From the NCBI GenBank assembly GCA_026994195.1, contig JALWRH010000030.1, positions 20-64,019 of the forward strand: 64,000 nt of DNA, given 5' to 3'. The DNA comes from Sedimenticola sp. Lineage in GTDB: Bacteria; Pseudomonadota; Gammaproteobacteria; Chromatiales; Chromatiaceae. Positions 1 to 9,372 of this stretch are shown in pieces. The stretch's first letter is position 1; the number at the start of each line of letters is the position of its first letter. A program made the position numbers and the translations under genes. The notes beneath the pieces are model-generated. The model did no database searches. It had not been told where the DNA came from and saw only the letters and a program-made list of their open reading frames with translations.

Positions 1-510
1 GCCATGGCCGGGGGATACGAGTTACGCTGGTGGTACATGCTGCCTGTCACCATGCTATCCATGGCAGGCTTCCATCCAGCATTCCTGGGTCTTGCCCGCC
101 GGCTCCCCGGCCGCATAGGCGCGAGCTTCGCCAAGGTCACCCTGCCCGACTTCTCCCGCATGGCCTGGCTCTATCTCTATTATCTGGCTTTTTGGTGCCT
201 GTTCGGCCTGGTGTTTGCCCTGTTCGTGGACATGCTGCATCCCCTGTCCGGAAAAGACTGGTTACCCGTCGGCTCCAGCATCGCCCTGGGATTTTTTGCC
301 GGTTTTGTCATGCTTTTCGTCCCCGGCGGCATCGGCGTCCGGGAATCCGCGCTCTTTCTGCTGCTGGAGCCCTGGATATCTGCGCCCGACGCGCTGCTGG
401 TTTCCCTCGGCTCACGTCTGTGGATCATGGCGGGGGAAGGATTGTCCCTGGTTCTGGCCGAAGCCCTGTTTCAACTCAGAAAACACCTCAGCCCCATCCG
501 GCGGACATAA
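1..510 (+). CDS. C-terminal part of a polytopic membrane protein of the flippase-like / lysylphosphatidylglycerol-synthase TM-region (UPF0104) family; 5' end outside the window
   Basis: The frame is open to the window edge (track ORF 4..510). It has hydrophobic helices and the near-C-terminal motif FVPGGIGVRESALFLLL typical of this family. Stop TAA at 508-510. Confidence 0.55.
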   Translation, partial: AMAGGYELRWWYMLPVTMLSMAGFHPAFLGLARRLPGRIGASFAKVTLPDFSRMAWLYLYYLAFWCLFGLVFALFVDMLHPLSGKDWLPVGSSIALGFFAGFVMLFVPGGIGVRESALFLLLEPWISAPDALLVSLGSRLWIMAGEGLSLVLAEALFQLRKHLSPIRRT

Positions 511-513
511 GAC

Positions 514-1641
514 TCAGGAGCTTTCCCTGGCCTGCCGGGCCGGTTGGGTATCCAGTTGCACTTCCTGTGCCACTTCGATGAAGGACGGACGAATGCCCGT
601 GCGCATACAGTCGTAGCAGGCGATATCGGACTTTTCCAGCGGCAGCTTCTTGCGCGTTCTGGCGATGATCCTTCTGGAGGTGCGGAAATGGTCGTTGTTC
701 CATATTTCCATGAAGGAGCCGTCGTCGATATTGCCAAAATCGTCCTTCTTGAAAAAGGTGTAACAGCAGGGTGCCACGCCACCATCGGCACGGACATTCA
801 GGTGGGACCAGGGACGGTCGCAGTTGTACAGGCGTTCCGGATTGCCCAGGTCGGTGCGGTATCTGGGATCCGTCGCGGCCCAGTTTTCGTCCTCGACGTA
901 GGCGGGCAACGGCGTAAACTTGTTGATGCCCATTTCATAGGCCATTCTTTCCGTGGCTTCCAGTTCGTGTTCGTTGTGCCGGAACACGATGAACTGCCAT
1001 TCCACGAATGGCTTCCCCGAAGCATGTTCCCGCCGCTGGGCAAGCAGATCCCGCACATTGGCCATGACCTTGTCGTAATCCCCGCCACGGCGGTATATCT
1101 CATAGGTTTCCCTGCTACCACCGTCTATGGCCACCATCATATAATCGATGCCCGAATCCAGTAAACGCTTGTTGTAGGCAGGCGTCATAGCCGTTGCATT
1201 GGTAGAAAGCATGACGTAGATGTTCTTCTGCTTGGCGTATTCGATGATCTTGATAATGTCCTTGTTCAGCAACGGCTCCCCCCATGTATAGACCTGCAGA
1301 AAATAGAGATAGTCGCCTACCTGGTCCAGTATCTTCTTCGCTTCCTCGAACTTCATGTGGCGCACGTCCCGGCCGCCGGAAATGCCTTTTCCCGTGAGGC
1401 AAAACGGGCATTTCAGGTTACACACATTGGTGACTTCCATGACGAACAGATAAGGATAGCAGTGCACAGTCTCCGCGCCCTTGCGCATGGCATGGTGAAC
1501 CTTGATGAAGTTCAGCAGTTTCTTAGGCGAGTTGTTGAACAGGAAAGCCTGCACATGGGAAAAACTGAGGCGACTGGCGAAAAACCGGCGTGACAGCCAG
1601 TTGACGCTGCGAAACAGCCATTTTCTGATTCCATTTTTCAA
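514..1641 (-). CDS. radical SAM enzyme with C-terminal SPASM/twitch-type cysteine-rich domain
   Basis: 375-aa ORF with the CNLKCPFC (CxxxCxxC) radical-SAM motif. C-terminal Cys cluster GVAPCCYTFF ... DIACYDC. There is a 4-nt gap to the upstream methyltransferase gene. Confidence 0.85.
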   Translation of the reverse strand: MKNGIRKWLFRSVNWLSRRFFASRLSFSHVQAFLFNNSPKKLLNFIKVHHAMRKGAETVHCYPYLFVMEVTNVCNLKCPFCLTGKGISGGRDVRHMKFEEAKKILDQVGDYLYFLQVYTWGEPLLNKDIIKIIEYAKQKNIYVMLSTNATAMTPAYNKRLLDSGIDYMMVAIDGGSRETYEIYRRGGDYDKVMANVRDLLAQRREHASGKPFVEWQFIVFRHNEHELEATERMAYEMGINKFTPLPAYVEDENWAATDPRYRTDLGNPERLYNCDRPWSHLNVRADGGVAPCCYTFFKKDDFGNIDDGSFMEIWNNDHFRTSRRIIARTRKKLPLEKSDIACYDCMRTGIRPSFIEVAQEVQLDTQPARQARESS

Positions 1642-1645
1642 GAAT

Positions 1646-2398
1646 TCATCTCCTCAGTATCAGAACATAGGTGGGAAGCAGCCGGTAAAACAGCTTCCAG
1701 AGCCACATGGGAACACGTTCCAGCTTTCCTCCCCGGGGAATCATATCCCTGGCGTGGAAACGATCCGGGTTCCCTATGACGCGCAGGGTGTAGTCTTCAA
1801 CGCGGAAATCCCGGATCAGTTTGCGTATGCCGCCATAGGTACGCAGATTCTCATAATAACAGTCGCCTTTTCCGAACAGTTTCATGTATCGGTGGGCTAG
1901 AAACTTGGGCAGCCAGGAAAGAAAAGGCAAGTGATAATGCGGCTCCATGGGGATCCAGCGTGACGCCGCGCCCAGGTAACAGACACCCTCGTCCGAAAGC
2001 ACCCGTCTTATCTCCTGGAACAGGCGGACTGGATCGGGAACGTGTTCATAGACATGGTTGCAGATGACAAGATCCACGGAACCATCCTTCAGGGGAAGAT
2101 GCATGGAATCCCCATCCACATAATGCAGATTGTCCTGTTGGCGCTGCTGGTGGGCGATTTTCAGGGCATGCAGGTCGATATCCAGGCCCAATACGTCCTC
2201 GAAAAAAGGGGCGATGGCCGAGGTGAAAAAACCACCCGAGCAGCCGACATCCAGGGCCAGCCGTTTTCTGTCATCGCCTATGCCGCCGGCCTCCCGCAGG
2301 ATGGCCAGCATCTTGTCCACCTTGTGACGCTTGTACTCATAGTCGAGCAAGATGGGGGATTTTAGAGAGAGGTCATTCTGGTACTCGAGATTGTTCAT
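1646..2398 (-). CDS. class I SAM-dependent methyltransferase
   Basis: LDVGCSGGFF SAM-binding motif I and DLVICNHVYEHV motif. The track ORF opens at 2446, but the ATG at 2398 forms an ATGA overlap with the upstream stop, so I chose it as the start. Confidence 0.8.
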   Translation of the reverse strand: MNNLEYQNDLSLKSPILLDYEYKRHKVDKMLAILREAGGIGDDRKRLALDVGCSGGFFTSAIAPFFEDVLGLDIDLHALKIAHQQRQQDNLHYVDGDSMHLPLKDGSVDLVICNHVYEHVPDPVRLFQEIRRVLSDEGVCYLGAASRWIPMEPHYHLPFLSWLPKFLAHRYMKLFGKGDCYYENLRTYGGIRKLIRDFRVEDYTLRVIGNPDRFHARDMIPRGGKLERVPMWLWKLFYRLLPTYVLILRR

Positions 2399-4260
2399 GA
2401 GCTGAGATGCCTGTGATACCAATGACAGAAAACGTAGATAGTCCACAGCTTGAAGCCATGATCCGCGCGCCCCCCCTGATGTTGCCGCCAGAGCGTCGCC
2501 ACTTCATCCATGTTCAGAATGTCCGAGGCAGTTCTGCCTTCCAGCACCAGTGCCTGAAAGGGTTCACGGAGACGTTCTCTGAACCAGCATCCCAAGGGAA
2601 CGGAAAAACCGTGTTTGCCCCGCTGCAATACGGACGCGGGAAGCTGCCGGCCATAACAGCTCCGGACAATATATTTCTGCTTGTTGCCCCGGATCTTCTG
2701 CTCCAGGGGCAAGCCGGCGGCAAACTCCACCAGACGGTGATCCAGAAACGGGTTCCTGACTTCCAGGCCATGCTGCATGCTCATTCTGTCCACTTTCACG
2801 AGGATGTCTTCCGCAAGATAGGTCTGTTGATCTGCCACCATCATGCGGCTCACGGGATCCAGTTCCTGCAAATGAAGATCCGTGACAAAATCAAATGTCT
2901 CCGATTCCGCCAGACCGCCGCGCAACAGCCGCCGCCGCTCCTTCAGGCTGAAAGTCTGAGCCAGAGGGTCACCAGGGGATTGCGCCATTCTGGAGATCAT
3001 CCCATACAGGAGCTTCAGTTTTTTGACCGGGTTGTTTCCATAATAGGAGGCAGTTTCGGGCAGGGCTTGGACCAGTCTTTCCATCAGGCCACCCTGCAAC
3101 CAGTGCGGCGGCAGGGGCAGGCGTCGTAACAGCCACCGGGCATAGTATCTTCTGTATCCGCCGAACAGCTCATCCACCCCGTCACCGGAGAGCGCCACGG
3201 TAACATCCTTTCTGGCGAAACGACACAAATTCCAGGTCGGTACCGCTGAAGGGTCGGCATATGGCTCACCAAAAGCATCCAGAATCCGATCCAGCTGCTC
3301 CGGTTCATCCCTGTCTGCAAATTCCAGCTTTTGCTCTATGCCCAGCAGCCGGGCAGCCTCCTGGGCCTCCGTACTCTCATCATAGCTGCCATCCCTAAAC
3401 CCCATGGTGAACGCCCGCACATCCTGCCCAAGAGCCTTTACCACACCGGCAACCAGGGACGAATCCAGTCCGCCGCTGAGAAATACCCCCAGAGGCACAT
3501 CCGCCCGCAAACGCATGCGTACGGAGTCCTCCAGAAGAAAGCGCAGTTCCTCACACCAGTCAGTCTGGTTCCCGATGCGATCTTCCCGCAGGGGAAGCTG
3601 CCAGTAGCGGCTGATCTCAGTCCGGCCGTTCCTCCACCAGAGTTTGTGAGCCGGTGGCAGCTTTCTTATGCCAGACCAGATGCTTCTTTCCTGTCCAATG
3701 AACTGATGGGCAAAATAATCACTCACCGCCCTTGCATCTAGGCGGCGTTCAATGAAGTCGAAATGCCCTAGGGCGGGAAGTTCGGAAGCAAACGCCAGCT
3801 GTTCTTTCCCCTCCGCATAATACAGGGGTTTTTCACCCAGACGATCGCGGGCCAGAAACAGGGACTTCTCCTGCCTGTCCCACACGGCAAAGGCAAACAT
3901 GCCATTGAGTTTCTCCAGGCAGGCCTCGCCGTATTCCACGAACAGCTTCATCAGCACTTCCGTGTCCCCGCTGCTGCGAAAAACATGGTTCCTGGCCTGC
4001 AGCTCCTTCCTCAGCTCCTGGTAATTATAGATTTCACCATTGAAAACCATGCAGTAGCGCCCACAGTCCGAGAACCAGGGCTGCGGACTGCCTTCCAGGT
4101 CGATGATGCTAAGACGCCTGTGCGCCAGGCTGCAATGGGGCAGATCGACCTGTCCACTGCCGTCCGGTCCACGATGCGCCAGCAGCTGGCTGCCCGCCGC
4201 CACGGCCGCCACATCGGCAGCCGGCGCTGTTGCAAGCACGTGTCCCACCAGGCCGCACAT
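2395..4260 (-). CDS. asnB: asparagine synthase (glutamine-hydrolysing) family amidotransferase
   Basis: 621 aa with the N-terminal MCG nucleophile Cys2 (Ntn glutaminase domain). SGGLDSS PP-loop ATP pyrophosphatase motif. Full-length AsnB architecture. Confidence 0.9.
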   Translation of the reverse strand: MCGLVGHVLATAPAADVAAVAAGSQLLAHRGPDGSGQVDLPHCSLAHRRLSIIDLEGSPQPWFSDCGRYCMVFNGEIYNYQELRKELQARNHVFRSSGDTEVLMKLFVEYGEACLEKLNGMFAFAVWDRQEKSLFLARDRLGEKPLYYAEGKEQLAFASELPALGHFDFIERRLDARAVSDYFAHQFIGQERSIWSGIRKLPPAHKLWWRNGRTEISRYWQLPLREDRIGNQTDWCEELRFLLEDSVRMRLRADVPLGVFLSGGLDSSLVAGVVKALGQDVRAFTMGFRDGSYDESTEAQEAARLLGIEQKLEFADRDEPEQLDRILDAFGEPYADPSAVPTWNLCRFARKDVTVALSGDGVDELFGGYRRYYARWLLRRLPLPPHWLQGGLMERLVQALPETASYYGNNPVKKLKLLYGMISRMAQSPGDPLAQTFSLKERRRLLRGGLAESETFDFVTDLHLQELDPVSRMMVADQQTYLAEDILVKVDRMSMQHGLEVRNPFLDHRLVEFAAGLPLEQKIRGNKQKYIVRSCYGRQLPASVLQRGKHGFSVPLGCWFRERLREPFQALVLEGRTASDILNMDEVATLWRQHQGGRADHGFKLWTIYVFCHWYHRHLSS

Positions 4261-5438
4261 CAGTCGGCACCCCCGATCTCCTGATAAATACGGGTGCAGG
4301 CATCGGCGGACTGCTCCCAGGTCAGGCCCATATCCAGAATCCGCTGCCTGCCGTTCCTGCCCATGGTCTGCGCCAGCTCCCTGTCCCCGGCCAGACGTTC
4401 GATGTGAGCCGCCAGACTGCTCTCATCACCCGCCGGGAAAAGCAGGCCAGTGGAAGCATGCTGCACCAGCTCGTCCACGCCTGGAATGTCGCTGGCAAGC
4501 ACAGGCATGGCTGCTGCCATGGCCTCCAGAACCACATTGGGCCTGCCCTCGCTGTAGCTGGACAACACCAGGACATCATGCCTGGCGAGCTGCTCATGCA
4601 CTGCCTCCGGCTGCAGGGCACCGAGGAACCGGACCCGATGTGCGATACCCAGATCCTCCGCCAACTGCTGTAAAGCGGCTTGTTCCGGACCTTCGCCCAC
4701 GATGCTCAAGCTGATTCCCGGTACCGCGGCTAGCGCTGCAAGGGTCACCTCCACCCCTTTTCGGGGAATGAGGCTTCCCACGGCAAGCAGGCGCAATTCT
4801 TCCTCATTCGTCTCCTTTCTTTCCAGCTGGAGCAGCGCTCCGTTCACACCATTCTCCACCAGACGCAACTTCCCGGCCTGCTCCGGAAACATTTCCTGCA
4901 GTTTTTCGACGATGGCGTTACTCACGCCGATCACCCGCTCACAGCGGGACAGGCAGGCCTTCAGAATCCAGCGATCAATTCCCTTTTTCGCTCCCCGGGT
5001 CATATCCTCACCACGCAGGCTCACCACCACTGGCACCCCCAGCAGCCTGCCGGCAAATCCCGCCACCAGGCCACATATTGCCCAGTTGGCATGAATCACA
5101 TCCATTTTCCTTCCATGCCTCAGGCAACTGAGAAACATGCCTGCCAGAAACGGGGGCACCAGCAGATACAGCCAGGGCGTTTTTTTCAGGGCTACGGGTA
5201 TGCCGCCAGGCACGTGCGCCAACCGCTGCCAGCTGCGCAGTGCGTAGCGGTAGGGCAGGACAACGGGTTCCTCACCGCGGAAAAGCGTGTCTTGTAGACT
5301 TCGCTTCCGCCAGTCCGCGGGAACGATCACCCGGACAGCATGTACTCGCATCAGGCTGCGGGCCAGGCGGGCCACGAAAATACCGCTGGACGACATGGGG
5401 TCCAGTGGATAGGAAGTGGTCACGAGCAGGACGCGCAT
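4260..5438 (-). CDS. glycosyltransferase, GT4/GT1 (GT-B fold) family
   Basis: 392 aa. N-terminus MRVLLVTTSYPL. C-terminal EGRPNVVLEAMAAAMPVLASDIPG (E-x7-E region) typical of GT4. Its stop overlaps the asnB-like ATG (TGATG). Confidence 0.85.
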   Translation of the reverse strand: MRVLLVTTSYPLDPMSSSGIFVARLARSLMRVHAVRVIVPADWRKRSLQDTLFRGEEPVVLPYRYALRSWQRLAHVPGGIPVALKKTPWLYLLVPPFLAGMFLSCLRHGRKMDVIHANWAICGLVAGFAGRLLGVPVVVSLRGEDMTRGAKKGIDRWILKACLSRCERVIGVSNAIVEKLQEMFPEQAGKLRLVENGVNGALLQLERKETNEEELRLLAVGSLIPRKGVEVTLAALAAVPGISLSIVGEGPEQAALQQLAEDLGIAHRVRFLGALQPEAVHEQLARHDVLVLSSYSEGRPNVVLEAMAAAMPVLASDIPGVDELVQHASTGLLFPAGDESSLAAHIERLAGDRELAQTMGRNGRQRILDMGLTWEQSADACTRIYQEIGGAD

Positions 5439-5450
5439 GAGTGGAAAATA

Positions 5451-6224
5451 TCAGCTTTCGCGCCGGGCGATGACAAAATGGCCGAAAACCGCGGCATCAT
5501 TGAAACGCAGGGCCAGAAAGGGCATGGCAAGGATATTGTTCACCAGGCAGGCGGCATACACGGGGATGGCCAACACCAGGCCTATCAGGTATTGCCGCCC
5601 CAGCGCCCTGGCCACCAGCTCCAACAGGGACAGGTTCATCATCTGCAGGGCCACGATCACGGAATTGCCATGGCTGTTAAGGTATTCGATCTCGAATCCC
5701 GCCTGGCTCAGTTCAGCCTTCAGCCCATGCACCGTGAAGCGGTGGTAGTCATTGGGCGCATCATGCACCGGATAGATGAAAGGAACGGAAAGATAGAGGC
5801 GCCCTCCCGGAACCAAAACCCGGCGGCATTCCCTGATGACCCGTGCATACTCAAAAATATGCTCGATCACTTCCAGCAGTACCACTTTGTTCATACTACT
5901 ATCCGGAACCGGCAAGGCCCGGGCATCACCATACACATCCGGCCGGACCTGGTAACGGGCATTAGTGTCCGGATAATCCAGCCGGATGATCCGGGCGCCC
6001 GGCCCCAGCAGGGAGGAAAGATCACTGTCGCCGCTGCCAACATCCAGAATCCAACCGGCATCCTTTCCTTTCAGCGCCTTTCTCGACAAGGCATGAAACC
6101 GGTCTGAAAGCCATTGCGGATGAAATGGGGTTCCCTTGAGTACACGCAGACGGCGCAACCAGACGGCCGCCCGTGTTGCTTCCTCGGGTGAACTCGAACC
6201 AGACTCCATACTTTCCCCCGCCAC
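5451..6224 (-). CDS. class I SAM-dependent methyltransferase
   Basis: ILDVGSGDSD motif I, later VVLLEVIEHI and LVPGGRLYLS motifs. 257 aa. Confidence 0.8.
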   Translation of the reverse strand: MAGESMESGSSSPEEATRAAVWLRRLRVLKGTPFHPQWLSDRFHALSRKALKGKDAGWILDVGSGDSDLSSLLGPGARIIRLDYPDTNARYQVRPDVYGDARALPVPDSSMNKVVLLEVIEHIFEYARVIRECRRVLVPGGRLYLSVPFIYPVHDAPNDYHRFTVHGLKAELSQAGFEIEYLNSHGNSVIVALQMMNLSLLELVARALGRQYLIGLVLAIPVYAACLVNNILAMPFLALRFNDAAVFGHFVIARRES

Positions 6225-6228
6225 CTGC

Positions 6229-7170
6229 TCAGGGATCCTCCGTACCCCGATAATGCAAGGCCGACACCTGTTCTGAAAGTATCCCTATCAAAAAGGTCAA
6301 CAGGGAAGACATGAGCAGCAGGGCGCTCATGTTGGTGAAACGATGCAGAACAAGGTAGGTATAACCATAGTATCCAACCCCGATGAGCATGAGCACAAGG
6401 CTTACAGGCAGGAACAATCTCATGGGCGAGAAAAGTGTGCCTATCTTTAGAATAATAATGAAAAACCGGATGCCGTCCCGAAACAGGCGTATATGGCTGC
6501 TGGTGGAATCCTGGCGGTTCCGTGCGGAGATAGGGACATAGCTCACTGGAAATCCCGCCCTGAAAAAAGCCATGGTACTGGTCGTCGGATAGGAAAAGCC
6601 ATTGGGAAGAAGATAAAGGAACTTTCTGAAACTCTCGGCATCGACCACGCGAAATCCCGATGTAAGATCCTCAATGCGATATCCGGTCATTATCGTCGCC
6701 AACCGACTATAAAAATGGTTGGCCCAACGGCGCCACCAGGAGGCATGGGTAGCTGTTTTTCTTGCTCCCACGACCATTTTATAGCCATGCTTAAACTTCT
6801 CCAGCAGTCGTGGAATATCCTGGGGATCATGTTGCCCGTCCGCGTCCATGAACACTAACAATCTTCCCTTCGCTGCACGCGCTCCAGCCTTGATTGCGGC
6901 GCCGTTTCCCATACTATACGGGTTGCGAATGACTTGCGCCCCCAGGGAAAGGGCAATGTCACCCGTACCATCATCGGAACCGTCGTCGACTACCAGTATT
7001 TCCGCTTTGGGAAGCACTTCCTTGATCCTTGGAAGCAATACAGGGAGTGACGCGGACTCGTTTTTTGCCGGTAGCACAACAGTGATGTCGGATAGCATTG
7101 TTCCCAGAAACACGCTCGTCAAATTGTAGCTTGATAATAGCATGCCTAACTGCAAAGTGGTTTTCTCCAT
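6229..7170 (-). CDS. GT2 glycosyltransferase of the polyprenyl-phosphate sugar synthase type (GtrB/ArnC/DPM1-like) with C-terminal TM helices
   Basis: VVLPAKNE ... VVDDGSDDGT ... FMDADGQH (DxD) motifs, plus two hydrophobic C-terminal helices. The start is uncertain; ATG 7098 (MLSDITVVLPAKNE) is an alternative. Confidence 0.85.
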   Translation of the reverse strand: MEKTTLQLGMLLSSYNLTSVFLGTMLSDITVVLPAKNESASLPVLLPRIKEVLPKAEILVVDDGSDDGTGDIALSLGAQVIRNPYSMGNGAAIKAGARAAKGRLLVFMDADGQHDPQDIPRLLEKFKHGYKMVVGARKTATHASWWRRWANHFYSRLATIMTGYRIEDLTSGFRVVDAESFRKFLYLLPNGFSYPTTSTMAFFRAGFPVSYVPISARNRQDSTSSHIRLFRDGIRFFIIILKIGTLFSPMRLFLPVSLVLMLIGVGYYGYTYLVLHRFTNMSALLLMSSLLTFLIGILSEQVSALHYRGTEDP

Positions 7171-7651
7171 ACAATCAATCTAGAAAACATCAGTGGCCGA
7201 AACAAATACAGCCAACCACATCTGCTCCCTGTACCGGAAAGTCCCAGCAAACCATGACCGTCTCAATTTCGAGTTGTAATGCTCGGTAGAGAAAACACCC
7301 ATTTGGGAACCATTCCCGGATCAAAAAGGCATGTTCAAAATAGAACGCAAACAGCCACTGACAAGTGAATACCTACCTAGGGTTATGCACTGAACAAGCA
7401 CAGAAAAACTATTGGACATTCAGTCAATTCCAGAACAGAATGTAAGTAATTCATGTATTGAACCTGGGAGAATTCATGGGGCATATCGCTCGAACAACCG
7501 ATCCGTCTGGCCCGGTGCTGTTCTACAATACTGATCATTCAATGGAGCTTTATTGACAAAGGCCAGCACAAGCATGCACTTAACACCTCAGTTTCCATTC
7601 ACTCCTGATTGCTCCATGACTTCGAGCCTTTTTGTTGTGCGCTGAAACATT

Positions 7652-9367
7652 ATGACTAACGACAAGAATACATCCCTGAAAGGATTTTCCCGCTACTTGG
7701 TGAATGCAGGATTGCTGGATCTCGAAACAGCACTGGAAGCCGAAAAGAACGCCAAAGAAGAGAATGTCCCGCTGATCACTCATGTGGTTCAAACGGGGCA
7801 GGTTTCTTCCAAAAAAATTGCTGTGCTTGCTCACCAGGAATTCGGTTTGCCACTGTTCGACCTGGATGCCATAAGCAAGGAAAACCTCGCACTGAAGGAA
7901 GTGGAAGCCGATCTTTTCAATAAACATCATGTCCTTCCCCTGATCAGGCGGGGAAACAGGCTGTTCCTGGCTGTGTCCGACCCGACCAATCAGGAGGCAA
8001 CAAAGGAAATTCAGTTCAGTACCGGACTCGCTATTGAAACCATTCTGGTCGAAGAAGAAAAACTGGCCGTCATGTTGGAAGAAGCTTCCCGCTCCCAGGA
8101 AGCCGCCATGGGCGCCATGCTGGAAGAGAACCTGGAGAATATTGATTTTGGCCTGGATGGTGATGGTGAAGTTGATGAGGAAGGTCAAAAGGAGATCGAT
8201 GAAGCTCCTGTCGTTCGTTTCGTCAACAAGATATTGCTGGACGCTATCAACAGCGGGGTCTCGGACATTCATTTTGAACCTTACGAAAAAAGCTATCGCA
8301 TACGCTATCGCCAGGACGGCCTGCTCTTCGAGAAAGCCAGTCCCCCCGTCAACATTGCCCAGCGCCTTTCTTCCCGCTTGAAAGTCATGGCGCGTCTCAA
8401 CATCGCAGAACGCCGGGTTCCCCAGGATGGGCGCATCAAGCTCAAGATTTCCAAGCATCAGGCCATCGATTTCCGGGTCAACACCTGTCCTACCGTGTAT
8501 GGCGAGAAAGTTGTCCTGCGTATTCTCGATGCTTCAGCCGCCACACTGGGCGTAGATGCCCTGGGCTTCGAGGAAGATCAGAAAAAACTTTTCATGGATG
8601 CAATCAAGAAACCCTATGGAATGATTCTGGTCACCGGGCCAACAGGTAGCGGTAAAACCGTATCCCTGTATACCGCCCTCAACATCCTCAACGATCCCCA
8701 GGTGAATATCTCCACAGCAGAGGATCCGGTGGAGATCCAGGTTGAGGGTATCAACCAGGTCAACATCAACACTGCCAGCGGACTGCATTTTGCTGATGCA
8801 TTGCGCGCATTTCTACGTCAGGACCCCGATATCATCATGGTGGGTGAGATACGTGACCTGGAAACCGGAGAAATTGCGGTCAAGGCTGCGCAAACCGGCC
8901 ACATGGTGCTCTCCACCCTGCACACCAACGATGCACCCCAAACCCTTACCCGCCTTGCCAACATGGGCATACCGCCGTACAACATCGCTTCCTCGGTCAA
9001 CCTGATCATGGCCCAGCGTCTTGGCAGGCGCCTGTGTGAGCATTGCAAGGAGGTCGAGGATCTGCCGCGCACCGCCCTTCTCGAGGAAGGCTTTACCGAA
9101 GCTGAAGTAGCAGCCGGCCTTACCATCTACAAAGCCGTTGGCTGCGACAGGTGCAACAATGGCTACAAAGGCCGTGTGGGCATTTTCGAGATCCTGCCGG
9201 TTTCAGAAGGTATCGCTCAGATGATCCTGGAAGAAGGAAATGCTATGCAGCTCAAGGAACAGGCCTTGAAAGAAGGCTATTATTATGATCTTCGGACAGC
9301 TGGTTTGTTGAAAGTGAAGAATGGCATCACCAGCCTGGAAGAAATCAACCGAATCACCAAGGACTAG
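7652..9367 (+). CDS. pilB: type IV pilus assembly ATPase PilB
   Basis: 571 aa. N-terminal GSPII/MshEN-like domain, Walker A GPTGSGKT, and the Cys tetrad CEHC ... CDRC. Followed by pilC and pilD. Confidence 0.95.
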   Translation: MTNDKNTSLKGFSRYLVNAGLLDLETALEAEKNAKEENVPLITHVVQTGQVSSKKIAVLAHQEFGLPLFDLDAISKENLALKEVEADLFNKHHVLPLIRRGNRLFLAVSDPTNQEATKEIQFSTGLAIETILVEEEKLAVMLEEASRSQEAAMGAMLEENLENIDFGLDGDGEVDEEGQKEIDEAPVVRFVNKILLDAINSGVSDIHFEPYEKSYRIRYRQDGLLFEKASPPVNIAQRLSSRLKVMARLNIAERRVPQDGRIKLKISKHQAIDFRVNTCPTVYGEKVVLRILDASAATLGVDALGFEEDQKKLFMDAIKKPYGMILVTGPTGSGKTVSLYTALNILNDPQVNISTAEDPVEIQVEGINQVNINTASGLHFADALRAFLRQDPDIIMVGEIRDLETGEIAVKAAQTGHMVLSTLHTNDAPQTLTRLANMGIPPYNIASSVNLIMAQRLGRRLCEHCKEVEDLPRTALLEEGFTEAEVAAGLTIYKAVGCDRCNNGYKGRVGIFEILPVSEGIAQMILEEGNAMQLKEQALKEGYYYDLRTAGLLKVKNGITSLEEINRITKD

Positions 9368-9372
9368 AATAG

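Noticed and set aside
514-4260. Radical SAM/SPASM plus AsnB homologue as a RiPP (lasso peptide or sactipeptide-like) cluster
   Set aside because: The AsnB homologue keeps the N-terminal Cys2 glutaminase nucleophile and full AsnB length. There is no short precursor ORF, leader peptidase or ABC exporter, and the neighbours are glycosyltransferases and methyltransferases.
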